64,000 nucleotides of DNA from NCBI GenBank assembly GCA_964624815.1, contig CAZUZH010000001.1, positions 1,090 through 65,089 of the forward strand. The letters run 5' to 3'. The translations under genes were made by a program, and so were the position numbers. This DNA comes from an uncultured Candidatus Saccharibacteria bacterium (GTDB lineage: Bacteria; Patescibacteriota; Minisyncoccia; Minisyncoccales; CAZUZH01). The stretch's first letter is position 1; every line of letters starts with the position of its first letter. The notes beneath the pieces were generated by a model, which saw only the letters and a list, made by a program, of their open reading frames with translations, had not been told where the DNA came from and did not search any database. Positions 43,686 to 54,333 of this stretch are shown here, one piece after another.

Positions 43686-45311
43686 ATGGAAGACATATTA
43701 GAAAATAAACCAGGTAAAAAAATGATTTTATTGGGCAACGAGGGAATTGTCCGCGGTGCTTTGGAATCCGGGGTTCAGTTTGTTTCCACTTACCCCGGCA
43801 CTCCAGCTTCGGAAATCGGCAATACTTTTTATAAGATTGCCAAAAAAGCAGGTTTATATTTTGAATTCTCCGCTAATGAAAAAGTTGCATTGGAGGCTAG
43901 TATTGGAGCCAGCTTTTCTAATTTAAAAACTCTTGTAGCGATGAAAAATTTTGGTTTAAATGTTTGCTCAGACGCGTTACTGCCCTTTGTTTATACTGGT
44001 GTTAAGGGGCCCACAATAATTGTGGTAGCAGATGATCCTTCTTGCCACAGTTCAGCTCAATCAGAAGAAAACTCAAGACCTTTTTCTTATCTAGCTCATA
44101 TTCCGACATTAGAACCTTCTGACCCTCAAGAATGTAAAGATTTTGTTAGGTTGGGTTTTGAAATTTCTAAAAAATTTAAAATTCCAACAATGCTCAGAAT
44201 AACAACTCGAGTTGCTCATCAGAAAATGCCGGTTAAATTAGGAAAAATAATAAAAAATAGTTCTACTGGCAAGTTTATTAAAAACAAAAAGCAATTCGTG
44301 ACAATGCCTCCCCGCGTTTTGGAAATGAAAAAAGAGCTTTTGGAAAAAATAGAAAAAATAAGAGAATTCGCTGAAAAAAATAAAATTAACAAAATTATCC
44401 AGATTCCAAATTTCAGATTCCAGATTCCCAAAATCGGGATAATTACTTCTGGGGTTTCCTATTTATATGTAATGGAGGCTTTAAAAGAATTGAAATTAAA
44501 TCTGCCTCTTTTGAAGCTTGGATTTTTTTATCCTTTGCCGGAAAAGAAAATTAAAAATTTTATCAAAGACTTAAAAAAAGTTTTAGTTATTGAAGAATTA
44601 GAACCTTGGTTGGAAAAAGAAGTTAAAATTTTAGCCAGAGAAATAAATCCTAAACTGCGAGTTTTTGGCAAAGATGTTCTTCCGGAGATAGGAGAGTTAA
44701 ATACAGATGATGCTCTATCTGCCATAGCTAAAATTGCGGGGAGGAAATTAAAATTAACCAAAAGGAGCTTGCCTCCTTTTCCAAAAAGATTTCCCCAGCT
44801 TTGTCCTGGTTGTCCATACTGGTTTGTTTTCGGAGCAATTAAAAAAGCTGTTGATCCTAAACAAGTAATTTTCGGCGGAGACATCGGCTGTTATATGCTG
44901 GCTGGTCTGCCGCCCCACAACATCCAGGATTATTTATCTTGTATGGGGTCTTCAGTTGGCATAGCTCACGGAATAAAAAAAGCAACTGGTCAAAAAGTAA
45001 TTACTTTAATCGGCGACTCTACTTTTTTTCATGCCGGCATTCCTGCTTTAATAAATACAGTTTACAACAAATCAAACCCTTTAATTATAGTAATGAATAA
45101 TGAAATTACTGCTATGACCGGCCATCAACCCCATCCTGGCGTAGATGGAATAAAGATTGAAAATATTGTTAAAGCTTGCGGAGTGAAAAATCTTAAAGTG
45201 ATTGACCCAATAAATCAAAAAGAGATGATCAATACTATTAAGGACTTTTTGAACAAGAAAGAAGTATCGGTAATTATTGCTCGGAGACCTTGTGTTTTTG
45301 TTAAAACATGA
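43686..45311 (+). CDS. iorA: indolepyruvate/2-oxoacid:ferredoxin oxidoreductase alpha subunit-like (TPP enzyme), lacking the C-terminal ferredoxin domain
   Basis: LLGNEGIVRGALESGVQFVSTYPGTPASEI and the GDIGCY TPP motif. Confidence 0.7.
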   Translation: MEDILENKPGKKMILLGNEGIVRGALESGVQFVSTYPGTPASEIGNTFYKIAKKAGLYFEFSANEKVALEASIGASFSNLKTLVAMKNFGLNVCSDALLPFVYTGVKGPTIIVVADDPSCHSSAQSEENSRPFSYLAHIPTLEPSDPQECKDFVRLGFEISKKFKIPTMLRITTRVAHQKMPVKLGKIIKNSSTGKFIKNKKQFVTMPPRVLEMKKELLEKIEKIREFAEKNKINKIIQIPNFRFQIPKIGIITSGVSYLYVMEALKELKLNLPLLKLGFFYPLPEKKIKNFIKDLKKVLVIEELEPWLEKEVKILAREINPKLRVFGKDVLPEIGELNTDDALSAIAKIAGRKLKLTKRSLPPFPKRFPQLCPGCPYWFVFGAIKKAVDPKQVIFGGDIGCYMLAGLPPHNIQDYLSCMGSSVGIAHGIKKATGQKVITLIGDSTFFHAGIPALINTVYNKSNPLIIVMNNEITAMTGHQPHPGVDGIKIENIVKACGVKNLKVIDPINQKEMINTIKDFLNKKEVSVIIARRPCVFVKT

Positions 45312-45416
45312 TGTAAATCTACGAATGAAATGAGAATGCCGCGAATATATGAATAATAATAGTATCATATATTAGCAATTTGTAGATTGGAATTAAATTA
45401 GCATATTGGCATAACT

Positions 45417-46034
45417 ATGAATGATTTTAATATAATAATAAATGGAGTCGGGGGGCAAGGATTGATTACTCTGCTCCAGATTTTAGCTGAAGCGGCAATG
45501 CTTGAGCATTTTGAAGTTAGAACATCAGAACTTCACGGTCTTTCCCAGAGAGGCGGAAGCGTTGAGGTGCATATCCGTTGGGGCAAAGAAATTTTTTCTC
45601 CCTTAGTTCAATTGGGTAAGGCCGATTTGATAATTGCATTAGAAGCGCAGGAATCTCTAAGGGCTTTGAAATATTCGTCAAAAGGCACAATTTTCCTTGT
45701 TAATGAATTTTTGAAAATTATTCCCGGCGAGAAACTTTTAGAGCTGGAAAAGATTAAAAAAGAACTTAAGAAATTTTCAAAAAAAATAATTTCAGTTCCA
45801 GGCTCTAAAATTTGCAAAGAGAAATTAGGCAGCGATGTGGTGACTGGTATTTATCTAATTAGTTTGGCGTCTTTTAAGAAAATAATTCCTTTAAAACCCA
45901 ATTCAATTTTGAAAGCAATTAGAAAAGTTGTTCCAAGAAAATATTTGGAATTGAATGAGAAAACTTTTGAGATAGCGAAAGCTATGAAATATGAAACCCA
46001 TATTAAACAAATCCGCAGTCGCGGATTTTCTTAA
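45417..46034 (+). CDS. iorB: indolepyruvate oxidoreductase beta subunit-like
   Basis: NIIINGVGGQGLITL N-terminus of the POR gamma/IorB family. Confidence 0.65.
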   Translation: MNDFNIIINGVGGQGLITLLQILAEAAMLEHFEVRTSELHGLSQRGGSVEVHIRWGKEIFSPLVQLGKADLIIALEAQESLRALKYSSKGTIFLVNEFLKIIPGEKLLELEKIKKELKKFSKKIISVPGSKICKEKLGSDVVTGIYLISLASFKKIIPLKPNSILKAIRKVVPRKYLELNEKTFEIAKAMKYETHIKQIRSRGFS

Positions 46035-46133
46035 CAGACAAAAATTTACAAAATAATGAATAATAACATAAAACAAATAATCTCGCGATCGCGAGATTAC
46101 TGAATAGGACTAAGCAATCTAAAAAAAGAAATA

Positions 46134-46162
46134 AGCTCTGATGTCTCGCACCAGAGCTTTTG
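46134..46162 (+). terminator. rho-independent terminator (agctctg...cagagctttt)
   Basis: Stem followed by a T-run. Confidence 0.5.
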
Positions 46163-46250
46163 ATTCGGATGAGTTACAATAGAACTACTTTGTTTCGGGA
46201 ATCATAGCATAAAGTTTTTTAAATTACCAATTTCTTCCATTTCTTTTTTC

Positions 46251-46526
46251 TCAGTTTCTGTTGATTTCATTTTCATAGCCTTGTTCGCTAATTGCAACCT
46301 TTTTTATTTTAAGGAGACGACTACAGGCTGGACAGTAGAGCTTACGAGAAGTGTTTTTGAATATTAGGACTAAATCATTACTGATGGTCTTTGACCATTG
46401 GTGACCTCTACTCGGACAAAAAGCAATCTTTTTATAGCCCGCCCTCAGCTTTGCTTGGTTGCCGTTTCTTTCAAAACCGCCGTCATAGAAAATACTAAGC
46501 TCAATGACTGTTTGGACTCTTTCCAT
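46251..46526 (-). CDS. hypothetical protein with C4 zinc-ribbon-like Cys pairs (91 aa), an isolated minus-strand gene
   Basis: CPSRGH...CPAC. No family recognised. Confidence 0.35.
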   Translation of the reverse strand: MERVQTVIELSIFYDGGFERNGNQAKLRAGYKKIAFCPSRGHQWSKTISNDLVLIFKNTSRKLYCPACSRLLKIKKVAISEQGYENEINRN

Positions 46527-46731
46527 TTTTCTTCCCTCCGCTTGAATTTATCTTAAAGCCGTAAAGAGCTATTTTGGATATTAGCATATATTATTATTTA
46601 TGTCAAATTTTTCTACCTTTCTATTTTTCAATAGGCTTTATTTTGTTGGGGGCAGATGATATAATAAAACAAAGAAAATGAATATTATAAAAATTAACTC
46701 CGAAACTTTTAAGAATTATAAAAAATAGAAC

Positions 46732-47271
46732 ATGAACATAGATATTTTATTATTTCAGCAAATTAATCAATTGGCTGGTAAATGGATTTACTTGGATTCT
46801 TTGGAGATTTTTTTTGCCAAATATTTTGAATATTTTTTAATAAGTGTTTTGTTTCTGTTTTTAATTTTGAATTTCAAAAAATACTGGAAAATGATTGTAT
46901 ACATTTTTGCATCAGTGATTTTGTCGCGATTAATTATTGTTGAAGCTATCAGGTGGTTATTGCCAAGAGCAAGACCGTTTCTTGAAAATAATGTAAATCT
47001 ACTTTTACAGCATAATTCCACTTCATCTTTTCCTTCTGGCCACGCTGCTTTTTATTTTGCTGTAAGCATTATTGTTTTTCTTTATCTGAAAAAAGTTCAG
47101 CAAAAATATTGGAAAGCAATAAGTATTGGGTTTTTTGTTTCAAGTTTTTTAATTTCTTTTGCTAGAGTTTTTACGGGTCTTCACTGGCCTTCTGATATTT
47201 TGGCTGGCGCTCTGGTCGGAATTTTTTCCGGCTGGACGATTTTTAAAATTTTGCCGAAATTTTTCAAATAA
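46732..47271 (+). CDS. PAP2-family phosphatase (undecaprenyl-diphosphatase-like)
   Basis: PSGH (SFPSGHAAF) and SR...H (ARVFTGLHWPSD) motifs. Confidence 0.75.
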   Translation: MNIDILLFQQINQLAGKWIYLDSLEIFFAKYFEYFLISVLFLFLILNFKKYWKMIVYIFASVILSRLIIVEAIRWLLPRARPFLENNVNLLLQHNSTSSFPSGHAAFYFAVSIIVFLYLKKVQQKYWKAISIGFFVSSFLISFARVFTGLHWPSDILAGALVGIFSGWTIFKILPKFFK

Positions 47272-47313
47272 AAATCTCTGTTGTGGTAAAATCTACAATA
47301 GAGAATAAAGTTG

Positions 47314-47397
47314 TGCCGGAGGAGGGAGTCCAACCCTCACGAGCTTGCGCTCACAGCATTTTGAGTGCTGCGTGTATAGCAGTTTCACCACTCCGGC
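47314..47397 (-). tRNA. tRNA-Leu (anticodon CAA), class II with a long variable arm
   Basis: Acceptor GCCGGAG/CUCCGGC with A73, anticodon stem CAGCA/UGCUG, loop CUCAAAA, and a variable arm with GNRA loop. Atypical features: the D-loop lacks GG and the T-loop reads UUGGACU (G where C56 is expected). Confidence 0.7.
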
Positions 47398-47749
47398 GTT
47401 AGTTTATTCTAACAAAAAATTTGGATTTTGTAAATACTTACTTACTCAATTTTTGTTCTAATAGCATTTTTTAATAAAATATAGATAGGAAAAAAACTAA
47501 AAATCCGGAGAAAGTAGTTGAATTTTTACAAAATTATAAATAGTTAAATTCTTCTGACTATATTTGAAGTAAGGATTTAAACCAAGAACAGTCCTCGATT
47601 TCTTCTTGTTTATCCACAAGAGGGTATTGACTCATGGTTTTAATGGGGAGAAAATGATATAATATTGTCATTTTGTTTTCAATATATACATTTTGCACTT
47701 AGAATAGTTTAAGAAATTGTATAGTTTGCAAAATTAGTGAATTTTTAAT

Positions 47750-48736
47750 ATGGACAAAAAGAAAAGAAAAAAAATATTAATTGGAGGATTGGCTATGTTG
47801 ACTTTTTTAGTTGTTTTGTTTTTTAGTTTTGGAAAACAACTTTCAAGTTTTCTTGCCTCTGTTTTTTTAACGGCCGCAAATAAAACAGTTGCTTTAGAAA
47901 TTTTATACCCTGGAGCCTATGAATATTCTGCCAATCCCGGCGACACAATTACCTTCCCTGTTTTTATTGAAAACATTTCTCCAGAAAGAGTAAAGATAAC
48001 ACAGATAGTCTTGGGAAGCCAGGATTATAATAATTTCTTAGAATTTATTGAGGAAAACTCTTGTACTATTGATTATATAGATTCTAAGGGCATTCATGAG
48101 TATTATTTAGTTGATTCCGGTCAAAATTCTTCTAATGGCTGCAGAATTTTTAATATATCTCCTAATATTGGTTTAGCAATAGGACGCATCTATAGGTATC
48201 AAGTCTCAGCCACATTAAAGGACAATATTTCCATAAACGAGATAAGGATTGAATTAACCGATATTTATGGTTCCAATATCAACAGCGGCACTCCGATAAA
48301 AAGTCAGGGTTCTTTATCGGCAAATATAAAGATTTTGCAACCCGCACCAATATGTCAAAATCCTTTTTATCAGTGTTCCGCTGATTTAAAAAAGGTTTTA
48401 AAAGTCTGTGAAGATGGAACAAGCTCTACTTATCAAGATTGTTCTCAAGAGAACAAGGTTTGTTCTAATGGACAATGTATTGAAAAAATTATTCCTATTC
48501 CTCAAGCCTGTTCTGACGGCACCGTTTACGGCGAATGCTCCCAAACTAAACCAAAATACTGCCAAAACGGAATTTTGATTAATCATTGTAAGTACTGCGG
48601 TTGTATTTCTGGTCAAATTTGTGAAAGCGATAGCACTTGTCAATGGCCGGAGTCGGAGCCGGAAGCAGATGGCTATATTCAGATTGAGGGAGTAAAAACT
48701 CAATACAACATTGGAGAACAAGTGATATTAAAATAA
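47750..48736 (+). CDS. hypothetical secreted protein with Cys-rich (EGF-like) C-terminal region
   Basis: N-terminal TM/signal, and a C-terminal cluster of 16 Cys. Confidence 0.4.
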   Translation: MDKKKRKKILIGGLAMLTFLVVLFFSFGKQLSSFLASVFLTAANKTVALEILYPGAYEYSANPGDTITFPVFIENISPERVKITQIVLGSQDYNNFLEFIEENSCTIDYIDSKGIHEYYLVDSGQNSSNGCRIFNISPNIGLAIGRIYRYQVSATLKDNISINEIRIELTDIYGSNINSGTPIKSQGSLSANIKILQPAPICQNPFYQCSADLKKVLKVCEDGTSSTYQDCSQENKVCSNGQCIEKIIPIPQACSDGTVYGECSQTKPKYCQNGILINHCKYCGCISGQICESDSTCQWPESEPEADGYIQIEGVKTQYNIGEQVILK

Positions 48737-48761
48737 GTCGGATTTTACCGACTTTTATTTT

Positions 48762-50453
48762 ATGGAGAAAAAATTACTATCAAACAAAATTAGATTTCCT
48801 TTTCTGATAAGTTTTCTTTTAGCGCTTATTTTGTTGTTTTCATCTTTGATAGCTTTAGGCCAGGTAACCATTCCTGAGAGCATTATTGATCTTCTCAAAA
48901 TTCCTCCCGAAATTAAAAAACCACTTCGTGGAATTTTAATTCAGAATGGAAATAAGGAACCAATTATAGGGGTAGCAGTTGAGAAACAGCCGGATATTCC
49001 AGCTGAATTTTTTGAGAAAGGAAGGACAAAATATTGGATGGAGGTAGAATATGACCCGGAAAAAACTGAAATAGTTCGCGACTACTTGGAAGTTGCTTAT
49101 ATAACCCTGAGAGTTTGGCAGGCCCACATAGACGAGAGCGGGGCTCGGAGGATTACTAAGGGCGGATATGCCGGCTTGGTATACTTTCAAGAGTTAAGCA
49201 ATCCGGCAATTTATGATGGATTAAGCGGAGCAACACGACTAGGAGATCCGGAAGTTGCAAAATCAAACGATTGGCTCTGGGTTCAGGGCAAAGATAATAA
49301 ATATAATCAGGAATTAAGCTTCGGCTTAACTTCAATCCATTATAGATATGCGAGCCAGAAATTAGCTAAAATAAAAGTTTATTCAAAAGATGACGCAACT
49401 AATCTTTGTCAAAAACCTGAAATTAAAGAAATAAAACAATGGGTTGATTACCGGAAAATAATCGGACAAAAAGATCCTGCCGGCAATTATCGCTATCACT
49501 TAGTCAGGAGAAAACCGTTGCCCGGGGAGACGTTGGGTGAAATTGTTGGCGCTGAAGATATATGTGACGGTGGCGCTGATTGGTTTAAGGCGGCTATCGT
49601 TGACGCACTAAATAAAAACAATGATATTTTTGGCAAGGTCCAAGCCGTTAATATTTCATATGAGATAAAAGAGTCTGGAGAAAAATACGGCACGGCAGTG
49701 ACAGCTGAAACCGATGGCAGAACGATTACATTTTATATTGCCAAACCAGAACAAAGCGCAAAGATTTTAAGGTTGAATTTACCCTACAAAAGTGTGTATA
49801 ATTATTATCATCAATTAACTCGGACAGATATTATTAAACACGAGGCAACCCATACTTATCATAATTGGGCTTTGGCTAATAAAAGTGCGAGCGGAATAAA
49901 AGACATTGATACCGATAAACTTCCTGCTTACGACAGAGACATGGGAATAGCCTGGGGCTGGCAGATTGATTCTTCGCAGAAAAACGGATTCAGAGGCGAC
50001 TTGAAGTCGGACGATTCAGTTTATATTAGGCCAAAAACTAATATTACTAAAAGCTTTACAATTACTCCAGCTACAAAAAATAATTGGCAGTATTTCAAAG
50101 ATTTGATTTTTAGTAATATCCCAGATGAAAAACCAATAGTTGGCCTCGGAGAGGTGCCAAATGGTTATATTTATCCCAATATGGCTACTGTTACTTTTTA
50201 CTGGATAGAAGATTTTTCACTTTCTTATCAGGCTAAGAATGTTTTAAAAGCTTATTCTGAATGTGTAGACCTTGAACAAAACTCGCTTACCTTTGAGGTA
50301 AGCCGTGGAAATGATTTTGTAAATATGCTGATTTTTAAAGATTTTTTACCAAAAGTAAATCAGTTGGAGATTACTTATGCTATAGCAACGCCGCATCATC
50401 CTGAAGAGTATGATTGTGAACAAACGGCTGGCGGAGAATATGTTGGCAAATAA
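48762..50453 (+). CDS. hypothetical secreted protein with an HExxH motif (candidate zinc metallopeptidase)
   Basis: Signal peptide. IIKHEATHTYHNW contains HEATH. Confidence 0.35.
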   Translation: MEKKLLSNKIRFPFLISFLLALILLFSSLIALGQVTIPESIIDLLKIPPEIKKPLRGILIQNGNKEPIIGVAVEKQPDIPAEFFEKGRTKYWMEVEYDPEKTEIVRDYLEVAYITLRVWQAHIDESGARRITKGGYAGLVYFQELSNPAIYDGLSGATRLGDPEVAKSNDWLWVQGKDNKYNQELSFGLTSIHYRYASQKLAKIKVYSKDDATNLCQKPEIKEIKQWVDYRKIIGQKDPAGNYRYHLVRRKPLPGETLGEIVGAEDICDGGADWFKAAIVDALNKNNDIFGKVQAVNISYEIKESGEKYGTAVTAETDGRTITFYIAKPEQSAKILRLNLPYKSVYNYYHQLTRTDIIKHEATHTYHNWALANKSASGIKDIDTDKLPAYDRDMGIAWGWQIDSSQKNGFRGDLKSDDSVYIRPKTNITKSFTITPATKNNWQYFKDLIFSNIPDEKPIVGLGEVPNGYIYPNMATVTFYWIEDFSLSYQAKNVLKAYSECVDLEQNSLTFEVSRGNDFVNMLIFKDFLPKVNQLEITYAIATPHHPEEYDCEQTAGGEYVGK

Positions 50454-50468
50454 TAATAAAAATAAAAA

Positions 50469-52034
50469 ATGATGAAAAACAATACAATTTTTAAACTTTT
50501 TATTATTGTTATCATTTCTACTTTCTTCTTTGTCAACAGAGCTGATGCTTTGAGTGTTTTGAAGTTTATTGGAAACGAAACAGAAATAGAAAAAATATCA
50601 GTTATTGAAAATATTTCTGATGAATTCGCTATGAAAACTCGAATAGAATCATTAATAAACGATTCTTCAGTGAATATTCGCTGGAATGCGGCAAAAATGT
50701 TATCTGACATTGGCGATGACCAGAGTTTAAAACTTCTGCAAATTCAAATAACAAGAGAGACAGATAGATTAGCGAAAGACCAAGAAATACAAGCTATTTA
50801 TGCTATAAAATTCAGATTAGCTGTTCTATCTGGAGGCAATCCCGAAAATGAACTCTTGGAATTTTTCTCTTCTGGATATTATCCCCTAAGAAGCGGTATG
50901 ACCTCTAGAGAATCTTATGGAAGCGCCGTTTATGCAATAAACCAATTAGCCTTGATTGGTTCTTCCACTGTGCGTTCTTATATTGGTCAAATTTTGGATT
51001 TAAGCAATACTCAAGATCTCGGCCTTCTACCAGAAACCTGCAACAGGTCTATTTATATATTAGATAATTATCGCATCCCGCAAAAATATGTAGTGGCTTT
51101 AAAGACAGGAGATTTGGGATTAAAATACTGGGCAGCTAAAGAGTTAAGAAAAAGAGCAAAAACTGAAGTTTTGACTGCTGATAACAAAACAGTAATTGAT
51201 TTATTGAAAGCTCAGTTATTTTTTGCCCAAAATAATGGATATGAGGATTATTATAATTACATCAACGATATTCTTAAAAATACCTTTAGAGAAACAGTGA
51301 GTTATGTTGAGCCTCAAAGTGTTTATGAAAATAAACCTCCAGTCATTACTCAAATACCCGACAAATCTATTTATGAAGGCAAGAGCTTGACCATTAAAAT
51401 TACAGCTGATGACCCAGATGGGGGGTTGCCAAAATTAGTACCATATATCACGATAAAGCCATTGCCAGAAGGAGCAACGCTTCAGAGTAATGTTTTTCAT
51501 TGGACTCCGGAAATTAATCAAGAAGGCTCTTATAGAACAACTATTTTTGCCCAAGACGAATCAGGAAGCGTCTCTTCTGTATCCTTTAACATCAATGTTT
51601 TAGGATTAGCGCCAGAATCAGTCCTTAAAAACACTGGCAATACGGCTCTTTCAGGCTATTTGTTAATGAAGGTTCAAAAATTAATAGACAGCAACAGCTG
51701 GCAGGATTATAGGCTTGTAGCAATAGACGGGGCATCAAGAACGATTCAACCTGGCGAAACCGTAAATCTTAAACATATCTTGAATATCCGGAACTACATC
51801 GCCGAAGAAGCCGGAAGCTTCAGAATTTACGCCAGTTTTCTTAATGAGCAAGGAGATGTTTTATTTTCCGACACTGATGAATTTGAAGTTTTGGCATCGC
51901 AGGAAGAAGTATTGATTCCAATATCATCATTAAGCCAAGAGAAAACAACTATTGAAAAAATTAAACAAAAAATCGCTATCACTCAGCAAAGAATTATACA
52001 GCTTTTAAGTCAGCTTATTCAAATTTTAAGGTAA
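50469..52034 (+). CDS. hypothetical secreted protein with HEAT-like repeats and a cadherin-like/Ig-like domain
   Basis: Signal peptide. PVITQIPDKSIYEGKSLTIKITADDPDGG is typical of dystroglycan-type cadherin-like domains. Confidence 0.4.
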   Translation: MMKNNTIFKLFIIVIISTFFFVNRADALSVLKFIGNETEIEKISVIENISDEFAMKTRIESLINDSSVNIRWNAAKMLSDIGDDQSLKLLQIQITRETDRLAKDQEIQAIYAIKFRLAVLSGGNPENELLEFFSSGYYPLRSGMTSRESYGSAVYAINQLALIGSSTVRSYIGQILDLSNTQDLGLLPETCNRSIYILDNYRIPQKYVVALKTGDLGLKYWAAKELRKRAKTEVLTADNKTVIDLLKAQLFFAQNNGYEDYYNYINDILKNTFRETVSYVEPQSVYENKPPVITQIPDKSIYEGKSLTIKITADDPDGGLPKLVPYITIKPLPEGATLQSNVFHWTPEINQEGSYRTTIFAQDESGSVSSVSFNINVLGLAPESVLKNTGNTALSGYLLMKVQKLIDSNSWQDYRLVAIDGASRTIQPGETVNLKHILNIRNYIAEEAGSFRIYASFLNEQGDVLFSDTDEFEVLASQEEVLIPISSLSQEKTTIEKIKQKIAITQQRIIQLLSQLIQILR

Positions 52035-52046
52035 AAAGTCATATAA

Positions 52047-52077
52047 CAAAAACCCCGCGCAGATCGCGGGGTTTTTG
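52047..52077. terminator. Bidirectional terminator (aaaaaccccgcgcagatcgcggggttttt) between convergent genes
   Basis: Perfect GC stem flanked by A and T runs. Confidence 0.65.
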
Positions 52078-52092
52078 TTATATGTAATCATA

Positions 52093-54228
52093 TTACTTCA
52101 CAAAATCGCATTCTTTATTGCTGCATTTGATTTTTTTACCGGATTCCACAAGCAAAGAGCCGCATTTTGGGCAATTTTCTCCAGTTCCTGCCTGCCGGCC
52201 AGGCAGGGGTTTGTCCCACAAAGCAAAATCGCATTTTGGATATTGGTTGCAGGCATAAAATATTTTTCCTTTTTTAGTTTTCTTTTCAGTAATTTCGCCT
52301 TGACCGCACTTAGGGCATTTTATTCCAAGAGTTTGTTTCTCTAATGGTTCAGTGTATTTGCATTCAGGAAACTTTGGACAGGCGTAGAATTTGCCAAATC
52401 TGCCAAGCCGAATGACAAGTTTTGCTCCGCACTTGGGGCATTTTTTTTCAGTTTCTTTAATAATGCCTTTTTTAGAAACCTCTTCATATTTCTTTTCAAG
52501 ATTTTTAGCAAAAGGCTCATAAAACTTTCGGACAATCGGCTGCCATTTTTCTTTGCCTTGAGAAATTTTGTCTAAATCTTTTTCCATATTAGCTGTAAAT
52601 TTAATATTAACAATTTTTGGGAAATGTTTAACTAAAAGGTCATTAACAATTTCACCAATTTCTGTTGGCTGGAATTTTTTATTCTCATTTTTTTCAACAT
52701 AATTTCTTGTTTGAATGGTGGAAAGAGTCGGAGCATAAGTTGATGGACGACCAATATCATTTTGCTCCAAAGCCTTAATCAGGGTCGCCTCACTGTATCT
52801 CGGAGCAGGCTGGGTAAAGTGCTGGGAAGGAATAAGTTTGAGCAGTTCTAATATTTCATTTTCTTTCAGTAAAGGCAATTCTGCTTCCTGAAACTTTATG
52901 GGAAAGATTTTCAGAAATCCGTCAAATTTTAAAATTTGGCCCGTGGCCCGAAAAGTATAGTTATCGGCTTCAATATTTATTGCAGTGGAGTCAAAAACAG
53001 CTTGAGCCATTTGAGATGCTGTAAATCTTCTCCATATTAAATCATAAAGCTTAAATTGCCTGCTGTCTAGTTTTTCCTGCCCAGTAGCATCCCGAAGGGA
53101 TTGCTTCGGGGCCTTAATTTTCAATTGGTCTGGAATACGGTCAGGATAAGTTGGTCTAATTGCTTCGTGGGCTTCCTGGGCCCTGCCTTTAGCCTTGTAT
53201 TTTCTCAGAAATCCAGCCCAGTATTCTTTTCCATAGTTTTCAAAGATAAATTTTTTAGCCCCGAAAAGAGCTAAATCAGAAAGATTCAAAGAATCTGTCC
53301 TGTGATAAGTGATATGTCCTCTTTCATAAAGCTGCTGTGCTAAGCTCATTGTCATTTTAGCTGGAAATCGGAGTTTTTTCCATGATTCCTGTTGAAGGGT
53401 ACTAGTAGTAAAAGGAGGCAATGGATTTCTTTTTACTTCTTTTTTTTCAACATTTGAAATCTTATATTCTGTTTTGTCCAAATCTTTAACAATTTCCTCA
53501 GCCTCTTTTTTGTTTTTAATTCCAAGCTTGGGAATTGTTTTTCCATCTTTTTTTATCAGTAAAGCTTTAAATTCTTGCTTTGCGTCAGTTTCGCGCGATT
53601 GAAGCAAGGCTTCAATTGACCAGTATTCCTGCGCTTTGAAGTTCTTAATTTCTTTTTCTCTTTCAACTACTAAACGGACAGTCACTGACTGGACCCTGCC
53701 GGCAGAAAGTCCTTTGACAACCTTTTTCCATAAGAAAGGTGAAAGCTTGTATCCAACAATTCTATCCAAGACTCTCCGAGCTTGCTGTGCATCAACCAAA
53801 TTCATATCAATTTCCCTTGGCTTTTTCACAGCTTCCTTAATCGCCTGTTTAGTAATTTCGTGAAACACTATCCTTTGATAGGGTTTGGTGTTTGGTGTTT
53901 GGTGCTTCCCAAGTCCTAAGGCTTTGGTAAGATGCCAGGCTATTGCTTCACCCTCTCTATCCTCGTCAGTAGCCAAGATAACTGTTTCTGTTTTTTCTAA
54001 TGCTTTTTTCAAAATATTTACATTTTTTCTGGCTTTAAGCGGAACAACATATTTAGGTTTGAAGTTATTTCCAAAATCTATTCCCAATTCACCTTTTGGT
54101 AAATCACGAATATGACCCATAGTTGCGGCAATTTGGTAATTTTTTCCAAGAAACCCTCTCAGGGTCTTGGATTTTGTTGGTGATTCGACTATTACGAGAT
54201 TCATAAAAGAAAAATTTAAAATTGTCAA
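52093..54228 (-). CDS. topA: DNA topoisomerase I
   Basis: Toprim (NLVIVESPTKSKTL), a catalytic Tyr region and C-terminal CxxC zinc ribbons. Carries the (caccaaa)x3 insertion at 53881-53905. Confidence 0.9.
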   Translation of the reverse strand: MTILNFSFMNLVIVESPTKSKTLRGFLGKNYQIAATMGHIRDLPKGELGIDFGNNFKPKYVVPLKARKNVNILKKALEKTETVILATDEDREGEAIAWHLTKALGLGKHQTPNTKPYQRIVFHEITKQAIKEAVKKPREIDMNLVDAQQARRVLDRIVGYKLSPFLWKKVVKGLSAGRVQSVTVRLVVEREKEIKNFKAQEYWSIEALLQSRETDAKQEFKALLIKKDGKTIPKLGIKNKKEAEEIVKDLDKTEYKISNVEKKEVKRNPLPPFTTSTLQQESWKKLRFPAKMTMSLAQQLYERGHITYHRTDSLNLSDLALFGAKKFIFENYGKEYWAGFLRKYKAKGRAQEAHEAIRPTYPDRIPDQLKIKAPKQSLRDATGQEKLDSRQFKLYDLIWRRFTASQMAQAVFDSTAINIEADNYTFRATGQILKFDGFLKIFPIKFQEAELPLLKENEILELLKLIPSQHFTQPAPRYSEATLIKALEQNDIGRPSTYAPTLSTIQTRNYVEKNENKKFQPTEIGEIVNDLLVKHFPKIVNIKFTANMEKDLDKISQGKEKWQPIVRKFYEPFAKNLEKKYEEVSKKGIIKETEKKCPKCGAKLVIRLGRFGKFYACPKFPECKYTEPLEKQTLGIKCPKCGQGEITEKKTKKGKIFYACNQYPKCDFALWDKPLPGRQAGTGENCPKCGSLLVESGKKIKCSNKECDFVK

Positions 54229-54333
54229 ATTTATTTTTAAAGCAACCCTACGGGTCCCGTTAGAGGCAACGCCTCTAACGGGACGGAGAGTCTGACGATT
54301 AGAGTCATCCAGGTAAAATTGTAAAATTAGAAA

